Shown: positions 45,202-55,509, counted from the stretch's first letter. The stretch is 64,000 nucleotides of DNA from an uncultured Acidobacteriota bacterium (GCA_963757885.1 CAVWSS010000006.1:305500-369499); one strand, 5' to 3'. Notes: a model not told the origin generated them from the letters alone. A program made the numbers and translations.

Positions 45202-47454
45202 ATGGCCACACCTCAACAATCGCCTGCTTCCCCAATCGGCCTCGACACTCCTCGAGTCGACGGCCCGCGCAAAGTCACTGGAACAGCCCACTATTCCGCC
45301 GACTTCCACTTCCCCGGCATGCTCTACGCCGTCCCCGTCGGCGCCACTATCGCCAACGGCAAGCTGGTCAATCTCGACACTTCCGCCGCCGAAAAAATGC
45401 CCGGCGTCCACGCCATTTTCCATCACGGAAATATCGGCAAGATTTACCGTTCAACGCCGCTACCTGGATTCCTGGGTGTTTGCGAAGAGCGGCGACCGCC
45501 ATTTGACGATGACCTAATCCGCTACTACGGCCAATACGTTGCTCTTGCCGTCGCGGAAACGTTTGAAACCGCCAAAGCCGCCGCCGATGCCGTTCGCGCA
45601 ACCTACGCTCCAGAAAAGCCGAATGTCGACCCGCACCTTTTAGCCGATGACGAGCCCAGCCCGGTGATGACCACCTTCGGCCCGCAGGATCGCCTCGAAA
45701 GCCACCGCGGCGATCCAGACGCCGCCTTCGCGTCCGCGCCCGCCAAAATCGACCAGACCTACGTCACGCCCACCGAAACCCACAATCCCATGGAGCCCCA
45801 CACCACCACGGCCCTTTGGGAAGGCGGGATGCTAACTCTCTACGAATCCTCCCAGGGGATCGTCAATCTCCGCACCGTCCTGGCGCAAATGTTCGGCCTG
45901 CCGCTTGAGAATGTCCGCGTCATCACCAAATTCATAGGTTCGGGTTTTGGCAGTAAGCTGTGGCCCTGGACGCTCTGCCCTCTGGCCGCGGCCGCGGCTC
46001 GGCAAGTCGGCCGGCCGGTGAGATTAGTGCTCGCTCGCAAGATGATGTTCCACGCCGTCGGACACCGCCCTCGCACTCAACAGCGCGTGCGTCTCGGCGC
46101 AACCCCCGACGGCAAGCTCGTCTCGCTGCATCACGACTACGTCTACACGCGCTCTATGCTCGACGCACATCACGAAGACTGCGGTGAGGCTACGCCGCTC
46201 CAGTACAGCGTCCCCAACCTGCGCGTCACCTTCGGCCGCGCCAAGCGCAACATCGGCGGCGGTGCCGACATGCGCGGACCCGGTCGCGTCCCCGGCCTCT
46301 TCGCCACAGAATCGGCGCTCAATGAACTAGCCCACCAACTCAGCATCGACCCAGTAAAACTTCGCGTCATGAACGAGCCCAAAATCGATGAAGGCGCCGG
46401 AATCCCGTTCTCTTCGCGCCACCTCGTCGAATGCTTTGAACTCGGCGCTGAAAAGTTCGGCTGGGCCAAGCGCACGCCTGCCGTCGGCTCAATGAAACGC
46501 GATGCCTTAACCTTAGGTTGGGGAATGGCCGGCTGCTCGTGGATTGCCATGCGGGACTACACCGCTGCCAACATTCAGTTGCGCGATGACGGCTCCTGCC
46601 GTATCGCCAGCGCCACCCAGGACATCGGCACCGGCACCTATACCATCCTGGCCCAGCTCGCCTCGTATAAAACAGGCGTGCCAGTTCAAAAGGTCGAGGT
46701 CGCGCTCGGCGACACCACGCTGCCGCGCGGGCCGTTGTCGGGCGGCTCGATGACTGTTGAATGCGTCGTGGACGCGGTACTTGCTGCCGCTGATCAAGCC
46801 ATCGAAACCCTTAAAACCGTCGCCATCTCTACTCCCGATTCACCTTTCGTGAATCGCAACCCAGACGATCTGGCTTTCGAGAATGGACAGCTCTTCATCA
46901 AGGCCGAAGGGCCCGCGAAAGGCGTTCCCTTCGCTGAAATTCTCCGCCGTGCCGATCTCCGAATGGTCACAGGCGACGGTAAATGGGAAGCCTCCGGCGA
47001 TGCGAAGCCGAAATTCTCCACTCAATCTTTTGGCTGCCACTTCGCCGAGGTCACCTGGCAGCCTGAAATCGCTCGCCTGCGTGTATCCCGTGTCGTCACC
47101 GTCATCGACGCCGGTCGGATCATCAACACTCTCGCCGGTCGCAATCAGATTCAGGGCGCGGTCGTGATGGGCATCGGCATGGCCTTGTTGGAGCAGACAG
47201 AATACGACCCGCAGAACGGCGCGCCGATTAACAGCAGCCTCGCCGACTACATCGTCGCCGTGAATGCCGACGCTCCGCTCGTCGAAGTCCACTTCCTCGA
47301 CTATCCCGACAAAGAAATGAACCAAATCGGAGCGCGCGGCATAGGTGAGATTGGCTTAGCCGGCATCGCTGCCGCCATCACCGACGCCGTCCACCACGCC
47401 ACAGGTGTCCGCGTCCGCGAACTGCCCGTAAAAATCGAAGACCTGCTGACCTGA
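45202..47454 (+). CDS. Molybdopterin-binding large subunit of xanthine-dehydrogenase-family oxidoreductase (PaoC-like)
   Basis: 750 aa with AGGAG upstream. The N-terminus PRVDGPRKVTGTAHYSADF and overall length are typical of this family. Confidence 0.88.
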   Translation: MATPQQSPASPIGLDTPRVDGPRKVTGTAHYSADFHFPGMLYAVPVGATIANGKLVNLDTSAAEKMPGVHAIFHHGNIGKIYRSTPLPGFLGVCEERRPPFDDDLIRYYGQYVALAVAETFETAKAAADAVRATYAPEKPNVDPHLLADDEPSPVMTTFGPQDRLESHRGDPDAAFASAPAKIDQTYVTPTETHNPMEPHTTTALWEGGMLTLYESSQGIVNLRTVLAQMFGLPLENVRVITKFIGSGFGSKLWPWTLCPLAAAAARQVGRPVRLVLARKMMFHAVGHRPRTQQRVRLGATPDGKLVSLHHDYVYTRSMLDAHHEDCGEATPLQYSVPNLRVTFGRAKRNIGGGADMRGPGRVPGLFATESALNELAHQLSIDPVKLRVMNEPKIDEGAGIPFSSRHLVECFELGAEKFGWAKRTPAVGSMKRDALTLGWGMAGCSWIAMRDYTAANIQLRDDGSCRIASATQDIGTGTYTILAQLASYKTGVPVQKVEVALGDTTLPRGPLSGGSMTVECVVDAVLAAADQAIETLKTVAISTPDSPFVNRNPDDLAFENGQLFIKAEGPAKGVPFAEILRRADLRMVTGDGKWEASGDAKPKFSTQSFGCHFAEVTWQPEIARLRVSRVVTVIDAGRIINTLAGRNQIQGAVVMGIGMALLEQTEYDPQNGAPINSSLADYIVAVNADAPLVEVHFLDYPDKEMNQIGARGIGEIGLAGIAAAITDAVHHATGVRVRELPVKIEDLLT

Positions 47455-47504
47455 ACCGTGACCCGGCCTATTAGAGCGCCTATCAGACCCCATTAGACAT
47501 TGGA

Positions 47505-48056
47505 TCAGCCGCCATCCGTTCGAGATGCACTGCCTGATTCGCCTGTCCTGTTCGCATAAAGATCGGATTCAGCGACCGGAGGCGCAGCGGCTGCGCCTCC
47601 ACTCAAACCGACTCGTTGTCGAGCCGAAAACATCCCGCCGCGCGCTTCATATGAAGGCGCGAACTTCAGGAAGCCCATCGGTACAGGCAAATCGTCGTAG
47701 ATCGCCTCCATGCCACCACGCATGAAATACGTCTCGTGCCAGAATGCCGTTCCACGCGAATCCCGCAGAAACTGCTTCCACCATGCACGATGTGGCTCCG
47801 AGCGAGCCCAGGTTTCCAGTGATTCGAAGTCACGCCAATATTGGCGCATTCCAATATTAGGTGGGAAAAGCGTATAAACCACGTTTTCGTGCAGCAATAG
47901 CCCGTTCGGCTGAGCAGCCACCGAGTTCGTGATCTTGGGCCCGAAACCCAGCAGAGTCTTCACACCCGTGACCGCATTGACGCGCATCCCCAGATAGATG
48001 ACGACTAAATCCGGATAATTGCTCAGGTCCACAGTACGTCGGTTCACTTTTGCCAT
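47505..48056 (-). CDS. Small cytoplasmic protein, probably DUF4188-like dimeric alpha/beta-barrel (assignment from memory)
   Basis: 183 aa with VVIYLGMRVN...LLGFGPKI...GLLLHE...QYWRDFESLETWA. Confidence 0.6.
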   Translation of the reverse strand: MAKVNRRTVDLSNYPDLVVIYLGMRVNAVTGVKTLLGFGPKITNSVAAQPNGLLLHENVVYTLFPPNIGMRQYWRDFESLETWARSEPHRAWWKQFLRDSRGTAFWHETYFMRGGMEAIYDDLPVPMGFLKFAPSYEARGGMFSARQRVGLSGGAAAAPPVAESDLYANRTGESGSASRTDGG

Positions 48057-48222
48057 AGGCGCTACTCCTTCCGCGTCTTTCTTTTCCGGGCAAGGACTTG
48101 GTGGGGCTGGCGAACTTTGTGTTCCAGCGAGTTAGGAGGGCGTGATCATCTTAGAACAAAGCCTCGATCAGACCTGTACCGTCAAACCTGTATTGGAGAG
48201 TCCCAGCTCGATTCGCTACCCC

Positions 48223-48260
48223 ACCCTCGATCCCTGAATCAATATATCCACCAACCTCCT
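48223..48260. repeat. 38-bp direct repeat, copy 1 (orphan duplicate of the TetR gene 3' end)
   Basis: accctcgatccctgaatcaatatatccaccaacctcct matches 51941..51978 at 37/38. In the TetR frame it reads RRLVDILIQGSRVG*. Confidence 0.85.
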
Positions 48261-48401
48261 CATGCTCCGCCCTATCAACCGTCGTCGGAATTCCTTCTCT
48301 TCGTCTTGACGATTGCTTCCCCGAATGGTACTCGTTTACTCGCAAATTACTCCTCTTCTGCAAATTACTATTTTGGTCACTCTGTCTTCGAAAGGCGCTT
48401 C

Positions 48402-51400
48402 ATGACTCGCGCTTTCACTCGTAACTGCCTAACCTTCCTCTGCTTCTCCTTTCTAATCCTCGCAAGCACCTTCGCTTTCCATCACCGCCCCGCGAAGCAC
48501 GCTCGCACACCCAAGCCTCCGCTCGCCAAATCCCACGCATCCTACGCAGCCTCCATCGCAAACATGCCCCTCGCCTTCGAGCCCAACGAAGGCCAATCCC
48601 GCGCTGATACTCTCTTCCTGGCTCGCTCCCACTCCTTCCAGCTTCGTCTAAACTCCTCCGAAACGATCCTGGCTCTGCCCTCCCACAAAAACTCCAACCG
48701 CCGCGCCTCGCCTCCCTCACTCCTTCATCTCCGGCTGCAAAATTCCCGACTCCACCCCCAACTCCGCCCCCTCGATCCTCTGCCCACGAAGATTAATTAC
48801 TTCAAGCCTTCCGGCTCAATCCCCAACGTCCCTACCTTTGCCAAGGTCGAATACGAAAACGTCTACCCTGGAATCAATCTCGCCTTCCACGGCACGGAAG
48901 GTCACCTCGAATACGATTTCATGGTCGCTCCTGGCGCAGATCCAAAATCGATTCGGCTCAACTTCAGCGGCGCAAGAAATATCCATCTCGCGTCCAACGG
49001 CGACCTTATCCTCGAGACCCCCGCCGGCCCCCTGGTTCAGCACAAGCCCGTTCTCTATCAAGGCTCCGGATCGTCACGCCATGAAATCGCCGGGTCCTAT
49101 CGACAGCTTTCCTCCAACCTCGTCGCCCTCAACGTCGGCTCTTACGACAAGAGTCAAACCCTGGTCATCGACCCAACCCTGGAATACGCAGCGTCCTTTG
49201 ATCCAGGACCATTCCCCAACGGGGCATATGGCAGCGCCATAGCTGTCGATTCAACTGGAAACGCCTACATCACTGGATTTGCCCCGGATCTTTCAGTATC
49301 AGGGGGAACCGGGAGTTGCTATCAGACTCCGCCTCCCAGCCGCAACTGCGCGGAAGGATTCGTCGACAAACTTTCGGCTGATGGAACCACTCTGATTTAT
49401 CAAACTAACTTGGCAAACGCCGGTGGCTATAGCATCGCGGTCGACGCCGCTGGAGATGTGTATGTCGTGGGAGCGGCGGAAGCACCTGGCTTCGGAATCG
49501 CGACAAATGGAGTCCAGCAAAACCCACCAGCCGGGACTTGCCCCATAGAACCCGACCTAACCGATGAAATCCCGTGTCCTCATGCTTTCGTCGTCGTTTT
49601 GGATCCCACAGGAGCTAATTTCTTGTACTCCACATATCTCGGGAGTTCGGCCACCGATACCGCTAATGGCGTCGCAATTGATTCTGCCAATTTGATTTAT
49701 ATAACGGGCTTTGTAGGTAAGCCTGATTTTCCCACTACCGCGAACGCATTTCAGAAGACCTTCAATACTGACAGCGCCCTTTCAGCAATCTTCGTGGCCA
49801 AAATCGATCCGACCAAAGTTGGTGGGGCGTCCCTGATCTATTCAACATTTCTAGGCGGTGCGCCCGCCGGCACACCTATTACAGACATCGCAGAGGAAGG
49901 AAATGGGATCGCCGTAGACCAAGCAGGTGACGCCTTTGTAGCCGGTCTAACCGATTCCACGAACATTGCTACCCCTGGCGCTCTTCAGACGAAGCTACCG
50001 AAAATTGGCACTTCCTTCGTCACAAAACTCAATCCTTCAGGAAGCAAATTGATATGGTCCACTTATCTGGGGGGAACAGATTCCACTCTACCTGAACACG
50101 CCTCAGCGATCGCGATTGACGGCGCAGGCAACAGCTACGTTACAGGCGTAGCAACCACCACCGATTTCCCAACTACTGCCGGAGCCTTTGATACGGACTT
50201 AAAAGTTCCTTCCAAAGCTTTCGTCTCTAAGTTAAATGCCAGCGGTAGTGGCCTGATATACTCGACTCTGCTTGGCAGCAACATCTCGCTGGACAACATC
50301 GCCGCATCCAATGCACAAGCGCCGACCGGATTGGCCGTTGATGCGAATGGCGACGTCTTCGTAACCGGCAACGCAATCCTCGAGTACTTCCCCATCGGAT
50401 CTTCTACCTTATTGCCTTTCTGTAACGAATCGGCCGCGGGAACTGTTCCAAATTGCGATGTCTTTCTCTCCGAGTTGGACCCGGCAGGCAAGACGCTCTT
50501 GTTTTCAAGCTATCTATTTGGCAACACTAGTTCCGGCATTGCACTGGATAGCACCGGAAACGCCTATGTCATAGGCCTCGGAGCTGTGCTTCTCACGAAC
50601 CCACCTCCCGGCCTAAGCACGGGCACAGGCATCTTTGTTGACAAGGTGAACTTGACCGCTACAGGTCCGGCCGTTCTGATTACCCCTAACGCCCTCGCCT
50701 TCGATCCGATCGCTTCCGGCAAAACTAGCGCTGCGCAAACGGCCCTACTGGAGAACCTGGGTAACGGACCACTCGATATTTCAAGCATCGCCGCCAACAA
50801 TGACTTCACTCAGAAGAATAACTGCCCCCCTCAACTGGCAGCTGGCGCCCGCTGCACCCTGAGCGTTACCTACACGGCGAACAACAACGCACTTCAAAAT
50901 GAAACTGGAACCTTGACCGTTGCGGACAGCGCCTTTGGCAGCCCCCACCACCTGAATCTTTATGGTGGCTTGGCGGGCGCCATCGGCAGTCCTTCCACTG
51001 GTCAGTTGAACTTTCCCGACCAATTGGTTGGCGCCAGCAGTGCACCGCGGGGTGTCACCTTGCTATCCCAAGGCACTGCCACTATGAGTCCCATTCTTAT
51101 CTCAGCCTCGGGTGATTACGCAGAAACTACCAACTGCGGCAATACCCTCGCGGTTGGCAACGCATGTCAAATCTCGGTGTCCTTTTCACCGACCGCTGTG
51201 GGTTCGCGTATCGGATCGGTATCAGTTATATACGGCAGCAGCGGCAGCACTATGCAAATCAACCCGGTCTCGGTGGAGTTAATCGGCAACGGCGTCGCCA
51301 TCCCGCTCTTCGTCACCGCTTCCTCTTCGTCCGCCACTGTCACCGCCGGTCAGACAGCCACCTACACTCTTCAGTTGAAGTCTTCAGCCGGCATCAACGA

Positions 51401-51833
51401 AAAGATTACCCTCGCCTGCTTCGACATTCCCAACGCCTCAACCTGTTCAGCTCCCTCTGTTGCCCTGAACGGCGCCACGCCAGTGAGCGAAAAAATTTCC
51501 GTCTCCACCACCGCGCACTCTCTGGCACCTCCCAATGCGCTACCCAACAAAATAGTTCCGCAGCGCCCGCTCTGGGCAGCCCTCTCCGTCTTCCTCGCCA
51601 TCGCCACCGTCGCGCTTTTCTTCCTCACCAAAGCGCACCAAACCTGGCGCGCCGTCATTCTTTGTGCCGGCTCATTGATTCTCTGCGCGATGCTCAGTAA
51701 TTGCGGAGGCAGCGGAGGCGGCGGTAGCGGAGGCGGGTCGACCGGCACGCCATCTGGCTCTTACCACCTAACCGTGAATGTATCGGCCGGCGGGACGACA
51801 AAATCCGTACCCCTTACACTTATCGTCCAATGA
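48402..51833 (+). CDS. Large surface protein: SBBP beta-propeller repeats + Ig-like (choice-of-anchor-D/ASH-like) domains + C-terminal TM anchor and Gly-rich tail
   Basis: I start it at ATG 48402 (MTRAFTRNCLTFLCFSFLILAST). It has repeated YSTYLGG..D.A.(A/G)IA(V/I)D..GN.Y(V/I)TG...DFPTT.(G/N)AF units. Later segments include LENLGNGPLDISSI...NCPPQLAAGARCTLSVTY. TM segment is LWAALSVFLAIATVALFFL. Confidence 0.8.
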   Translation: MTRAFTRNCLTFLCFSFLILASTFAFHHRPAKHARTPKPPLAKSHASYAASIANMPLAFEPNEGQSRADTLFLARSHSFQLRLNSSETILALPSHKNSNRRASPPSLLHLRLQNSRLHPQLRPLDPLPTKINYFKPSGSIPNVPTFAKVEYENVYPGINLAFHGTEGHLEYDFMVAPGADPKSIRLNFSGARNIHLASNGDLILETPAGPLVQHKPVLYQGSGSSRHEIAGSYRQLSSNLVALNVGSYDKSQTLVIDPTLEYAASFDPGPFPNGAYGSAIAVDSTGNAYITGFAPDLSVSGGTGSCYQTPPPSRNCAEGFVDKLSADGTTLIYQTNLANAGGYSIAVDAAGDVYVVGAAEAPGFGIATNGVQQNPPAGTCPIEPDLTDEIPCPHAFVVVLDPTGANFLYSTYLGSSATDTANGVAIDSANLIYITGFVGKPDFPTTANAFQKTFNTDSALSAIFVAKIDPTKVGGASLIYSTFLGGAPAGTPITDIAEEGNGIAVDQAGDAFVAGLTDSTNIATPGALQTKLPKIGTSFVTKLNPSGSKLIWSTYLGGTDSTLPEHASAIAIDGAGNSYVTGVATTTDFPTTAGAFDTDLKVPSKAFVSKLNASGSGLIYSTLLGSNISLDNIAASNAQAPTGLAVDANGDVFVTGNAILEYFPIGSSTLLPFCNESAAGTVPNCDVFLSELDPAGKTLLFSSYLFGNTSSGIALDSTGNAYVIGLGAVLLTNPPPGLSTGTGIFVDKVNLTATGPAVLITPNALAFDPIASGKTSAAQTALLENLGNGPLDISSIAANNDFTQKNNCPPQLAAGARCTLSVTYTANNNALQNETGTLTVADSAFGSPHHLNLYGGLAGAIGSPSTGQLNFPDQLVGASSAPRGVTLLSQGTATMSPILISASGDYAETTNCGNTLAVGNACQISVSFSPTAVGSRIGSVSVIYGSSGSTMQINPVSVELIGNGVAIPLFVTASSSSATVTAGQTATYTLQLKSSAGINEKITLACFDIPNASTCSAPSVALNGATPVSEKISVSTTAHSLAPPNALPNKIVPQRPLWAALSVFLAIATVALFFLTKAHQTWRAVILCAGSLILCAMLSNCGGSGGGGSGGGSTGTPSGSYHLTVNVSAGGTTKSVPLTLIVQ

Positions 51834-51930
51834 CGTCGCGTTGGGGGCGTGTGGCGTGCTCACATCCCGTGAATGGACGCGGGCGGAAATGCTCCCTTCA
51901 ACTGCCCGAGTTGTTCGGTCCCAGTTTCTT

Positions 51931-52527
51931 CTAATTCTCTACCCTCGATCCCTGAATCAATATATCCACCAATCTCCTGGCGCTCTCTTTCCAATCAGGC
52001 CCCAAGGCCACGTGCGACACTCCCACTAGCGCCCGCAGCAAATCGACCGGATCCAAATCCGCCTTTATCTCCCCGCTTTCAACCGCCCGCTTGACCAACT
52101 TGCTTATCGCCCCATGCACCTGCCCGTACGACGCCTCGAATACCTTTTTCGATCCGCCCACCAGCGTATCCAAAGCCGGCGCAATAATGTGCTTCGCCGC
52201 AATGTAATCCACGAACAACATCATCCATGCTCGCAGCGCTGGGACTGGATCCATTTCCGCCGCAAATTTCCGCGACGCTGCCGCCAGCTTATCCACTTCT
52301 GTCCGGTACACCACCTCAAGCAGCGCGTCACGCGTCGGAAAATGCCGGTACAACGTCCCCGGTCCAACCCGCGCCTGCTTCGCAATATCGTCCAGGCTTG
52401 TATTCGCGCCTGACCGCGCAAACGCCTCCTTGGCCACCTCTAAAATTCGCTGCCGGTTCCGCTGCGCATCCGCCCGCGGCTTTCGCCCTGCCAACCCTGC
52501 CCGCTTCTTAGCCACCCTGTTAGCCAT
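51931..52527 (-). CDS. TetR/AcrR-family transcriptional regulator
   Basis: 198 aa with the HTH SLDDIAKQARVGPGTLYRHFPTRDALL. Confidence 0.9.
   Translation of the reverse strand: MANRVAKKRAGLAGRKPRADAQRNRQRILEVAKEAFARSGANTSLDDIAKQARVGPGTLYRHFPTRDALLEVVYRTEVDKLAAASRKFAAEMDPVPALRAWMMLFVDYIAAKHIIAPALDTLVGGSKKVFEASYGQVHGAISKLVKRAVESGEIKADLDPVDLLRALVGVSHVALGPDWKESARRLVDILIQGSRVEN
51941..51978. repeat. 38-bp direct repeat, copy 2 (within the TetR 3' coding end)
   Basis: accctcgatccctgaatcaatatatccaccaatctcct encodes ..RRLVDILIQGSRVEN*. Confidence 0.85.
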
Positions 52528-52581
52528 CTTGGGTCACCTTATTCCCTGTAAATTCCACAGCCTGCCAAAAATACTTGCATC

Positions 52582-52637
52582 CGGAGACAGCCTCCGCTAA
52601 TCTAAGCTTCCCGGAGACACTCTCCGTTTTACCGGAG
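52582..52637. promoter_or_regulatory. Two 15-bp palindromic operator-like sites plus a third half-site in the TetR/SDR divergent region
   Basis: CGGAGAcagCCTCCG (52582-52596), CGGAGAcacTCTCCG (52612-52626, perfect arms) and CCGGAG (52632-52637). Confidence 0.55.
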
Positions 52638-52686
52638 TTCACGCGTCTCGTCAATACAGCCATCCAGCTCAGCGAGGAAGAACAAC

Positions 52687-53664
52687 ATGACTAAGAATTT
52701 TGGTGCCACCTCAACAACCGACGAAGTCTTATCCGGTGCCGACCTTCACGGTAAGCGCGTTCTCGTCACCGGCGTTTCCGCCGGACTCGGCGTCGAAACA
52801 GCCCGTTCCCTTGTCGCCCATGGCGCCTACGTTGTCGGTGCCGCCCGCGACTTAACCAAAGCCGAATCAGCTACTGCCCAAGTCCGCAAAGATGCCGCGG
52901 CCAAAGGCGGCGGTTTCGAGCTCATCGCCTTGGACCTAGCCAGTCTCAAAAGCGTTCGAGCCTGCGCCGATGCCCTACTCGCCAAAGGCCAGCCGTTCGA
53001 CGTCGTCATCGCCAACGCCGGCGTCATGGGCACTCCATTCGGCCATACCGCCGACGGCTTCGAAACGCAGTTCGGTACCAATCACCTGGGCCACTTTGTG
53101 TTCGTCAATCGAATCGCCCGCCTCATCCGTAAAGGCGGTCGCCTAATTAATCTCTCTTCTGCGGGTCACCGCTATTCCAATGTCGATCTCGATGATCCCA
53201 ACTTTGAGCAGACACCCTACGAACCATTCGTCGCTTACGGTCGATCGAAAACCGCCAACATCCTCTTCGCAGTCGCGTTCGATAAACGCCACAAGGACCA
53301 GGGCGTGCGTGCCGCGGCCGTTCACCCGGGCGTCATCCAAACCGAGCTTGCCCGCAACGTCGACCCCGCTGAACTCCAGAAGCTACTTGACCAAATAAAT
53401 CAGCAGAATGTGGCCGAGGGCAAAGGACCTTTCCAATGGAAGACCATCCCTCAGGGATCAGCAACATCCGTGTGGGCCGGTGTCGTTGCTTCCGCTGACG
53501 AGGTCGGCGGGCGCTATTGCGAGAACTGCCATGTCGGCCAAATTGTGCCGGAGAATGTAACCATCAGCGGCGTCAGCGAAGGAGTCCGCGCCTACGCGCT
53601 CGATCGGAAAAACGCTGAGGCGCTCTGGAAGAAAAGCGAAGAAATGGTCGGTGAGTCTTTTTGA
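52687..53664 (+). CDS. Short-chain dehydrogenase/reductase (retinol-DH/WWOX-like subgroup)
   Basis: 325 aa with VTGVSAGLGVETA, NAGVM and YGRSK. Confidence 0.88.
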   Translation: MTKNFGATSTTDEVLSGADLHGKRVLVTGVSAGLGVETARSLVAHGAYVVGAARDLTKAESATAQVRKDAAAKGGGFELIALDLASLKSVRACADALLAKGQPFDVVIANAGVMGTPFGHTADGFETQFGTNHLGHFVFVNRIARLIRKGGRLINLSSAGHRYSNVDLDDPNFEQTPYEPFVAYGRSKTANILFAVAFDKRHKDQGVRAAAVHPGVIQTELARNVDPAELQKLLDQINQQNVAEGKGPFQWKTIPQGSATSVWAGVVASADEVGGRYCENCHVGQIVPENVTISGVSEGVRAYALDRKNAEALWKKSEEMVGESF

Positions 53665-53729
53665 AGCATGACTGGCTTCTCGAAATTAAGCGTCTCGGAA
53701 TCGATGACCTAAAATAGAAGGAGAACATC

Positions 53730-54638
53730 ATGACGACACAAACTACCCTCGGCGGCACTTTCAAACTTCCCGGCACCTCAACCAGCCTTCATCGCCTCGG
53801 CTACGGCGCCATGCAACTTGCCGGCAAGGAAGTCTGGGGCCCTCCCCGCGATGTCGACGCTGCTATTCATGTTTTGCGAGAGGCAATCGCCGACGGCGTC
53901 AATCACATCGACACCAGCGATTATTACGGCCCCCATGTCACCAATCAAATCATCCACCGGGCTCTTCATCCATATCCCGCCAGCCTTACCATCGTTACCA
54001 AAGTCGGCGCCCGCCGCGGCGATGACAAATCCTGGTCGCCTGCCCTTTCCCGCCAAGCATTGATCGACGCCATTCACGACAATCTTCGCAATCTCGGCGT
54101 CGATCATCTTGACGTAGTCAATCTTCGCGTCGGCGGAATGCTCGAGCCATCCGAAGGATCCATCGAGGAGCCGCTCACGGCCCTCACCGAACTGAAGCGT
54201 CAAAGTTTGATTCGCCACATCGGTCTCAGCAACATCACTCCGCGCCAACTCGAGCAAGGTCAAAAAATTACCGAAATCGTTTGCATCCAAAATTTCTACA
54301 ACGTCGCAAATCGCAAAGACGACGCATTCATCGACGCTCTCGCCCAGCAAGGTATCGCCTACGTCCCGTTCTTCCCCTTGGGAGGATTCACCCCGTTGCA
54401 ATCCTCGGTGCTTGATCAGGTCGCCGCGACGCTGCAAGTCACTCCCATGCAAGTCGCCCTTGCCTGGCTTCTGCAACGATCGCCTAACATCCTGCTCATT
54501 CCGGGCACATCGTCGCTAATTCATCTTCGCGAAAACCTAGCCGCAGCCACCCTGAAACTGCCCGCGGACGCAATCGCCCAGCTCAACTCAATCGCCCAAA
54601 ACTCCCCAGCCCCCAAGGCCGCTCCGGCGGCCCATTAA
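53730..54638 (+). CDS. Aldo/keto reductase
   Basis: 302 aa with LGYGAMQLAG, IDTSDYYG and the typical AKR length. Confidence 0.88.
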   Translation: MTTQTTLGGTFKLPGTSTSLHRLGYGAMQLAGKEVWGPPRDVDAAIHVLREAIADGVNHIDTSDYYGPHVTNQIIHRALHPYPASLTIVTKVGARRGDDKSWSPALSRQALIDAIHDNLRNLGVDHLDVVNLRVGGMLEPSEGSIEEPLTALTELKRQSLIRHIGLSNITPRQLEQGQKITEIVCIQNFYNVANRKDDAFIDALAQQGIAYVPFFPLGGFTPLQSSVLDQVAATLQVTPMQVALAWLLQRSPNILLIPGTSSLIHLRENLAAATLKLPADAIAQLNSIAQNSPAPKAAPAAH

Positions 54639-54690
54639 CCACCGGGACGAAACACAAACGAGGTGGATCTCCAGCGACGCCGCGCGGCCC

Positions 54691-55509
54691 CTATCGGTGT
54701 AGCCCAATCCCCCGACCTAGCACAAAAACAAAGCCCCCCGCCACCACCGCCGCAACGCCCACCCACCCCCACGACCTCCTCACCAATTCCCGCTCCACCT
54801 CCGGTGCCGTTCTCTTCGGTATGTAATACTTCATCCAAATCAGCCCGCAGTCCGCTCCCGCCGTCGCTGGCAGCGCCGACTCCCACACCAACTGGAGCCC
54901 CAGCGGATTCAGCAGCCCCGCCACCGTCAGCAGCACGACTGCGGTGAAATAAGGAATCAATGTCATCTTCCAAATCCGTACCGCATCCGCTTCGCCCAGC
55001 GCCACTCCCACATAACGCACCAGCCCAATCCCCACCGCCATAATTGCCCCGTAATACGACGCCGCCCCCACCAGCACCAGCCCCGTCCTCCACGCCCAAT
55101 GCGGCCCGAGCCCCGCGATCACCACCGCCCAATCCCCAAAGTTCGTCACCCCCGAAAAAAAGAAGTACCCGGTCCCCGTAAATAAATTGAACGCCATACT
55201 CGCCCACAAAAATACCCGTGCCTCCACGCTAGCGCGCCTTCCTAAAGCCGCCCTCCTCAACGCCCACCAAAACACCAGCCCCGCCGCCAAATTCACCAGC
55301 GTCCCACCAGCCGCCACCAGTCTTGAATCCACCCCGCTCGACCACGCCACCGTCGACAGCACTCCCGACTGCGTCCCGGTCGCCAGTGCCACCGCCGCAT
55401 GTCCTACTCCCTCATGCAGCACATTCGCGAGCGCCGCCGCCACTACGCTAATCGTGCACAACGTCAGCGCATCATCCCTCCCTGCCCCCAACCCCCCCGT
55501 CTCATTCAT
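54691..55509 (-). CDS. Polytopic membrane protein with HEGVGH motif (possible intramembrane metalloprotease-like; uncertain)
   Basis: I start it at ATG 55509, with GGAGG upstream. The longer track start at 55584 would overlap the atp promoter. It has about 7 TM helices. Confidence 0.55.
   Translation of the reverse strand: MNETGGLGAGRDDALTLCTISVVAAALANVLHEGVGHAAVALATGTQSGVLSTVAWSSGVDSRLVAAGGTLVNLAAGLVFWWALRRAALGRRASVEARVFLWASMAFNLFTGTGYFFFSGVTNFGDWAVVIAGLGPHWAWRTGLVLVGAASYYGAIMAVGIGLVRYVGVALGEADAVRIWKMTLIPYFTAVVLLTVAGLLNPLGLQLVWESALPATAGADCGLIWMKYYIPKRTAPEVERELVRRSWGWVGVAAVVAGGFVFVLGRGIGLHR

Noticed and set aside
48117-48401. Upstream extension of the SBBP ORF. Similar extensions occur at 34115..34192 (ADOP), 27347..27598 (SAM hydrolase), 26039..26089 (TBDR-like), 27371..27502 and 7991..8038.
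   Set aside because: The extensions cross repeats or the TetR remnant, precede clear signal peptides or family-typical N-termini, and lack RBSs. Internal starts were chosen instead.
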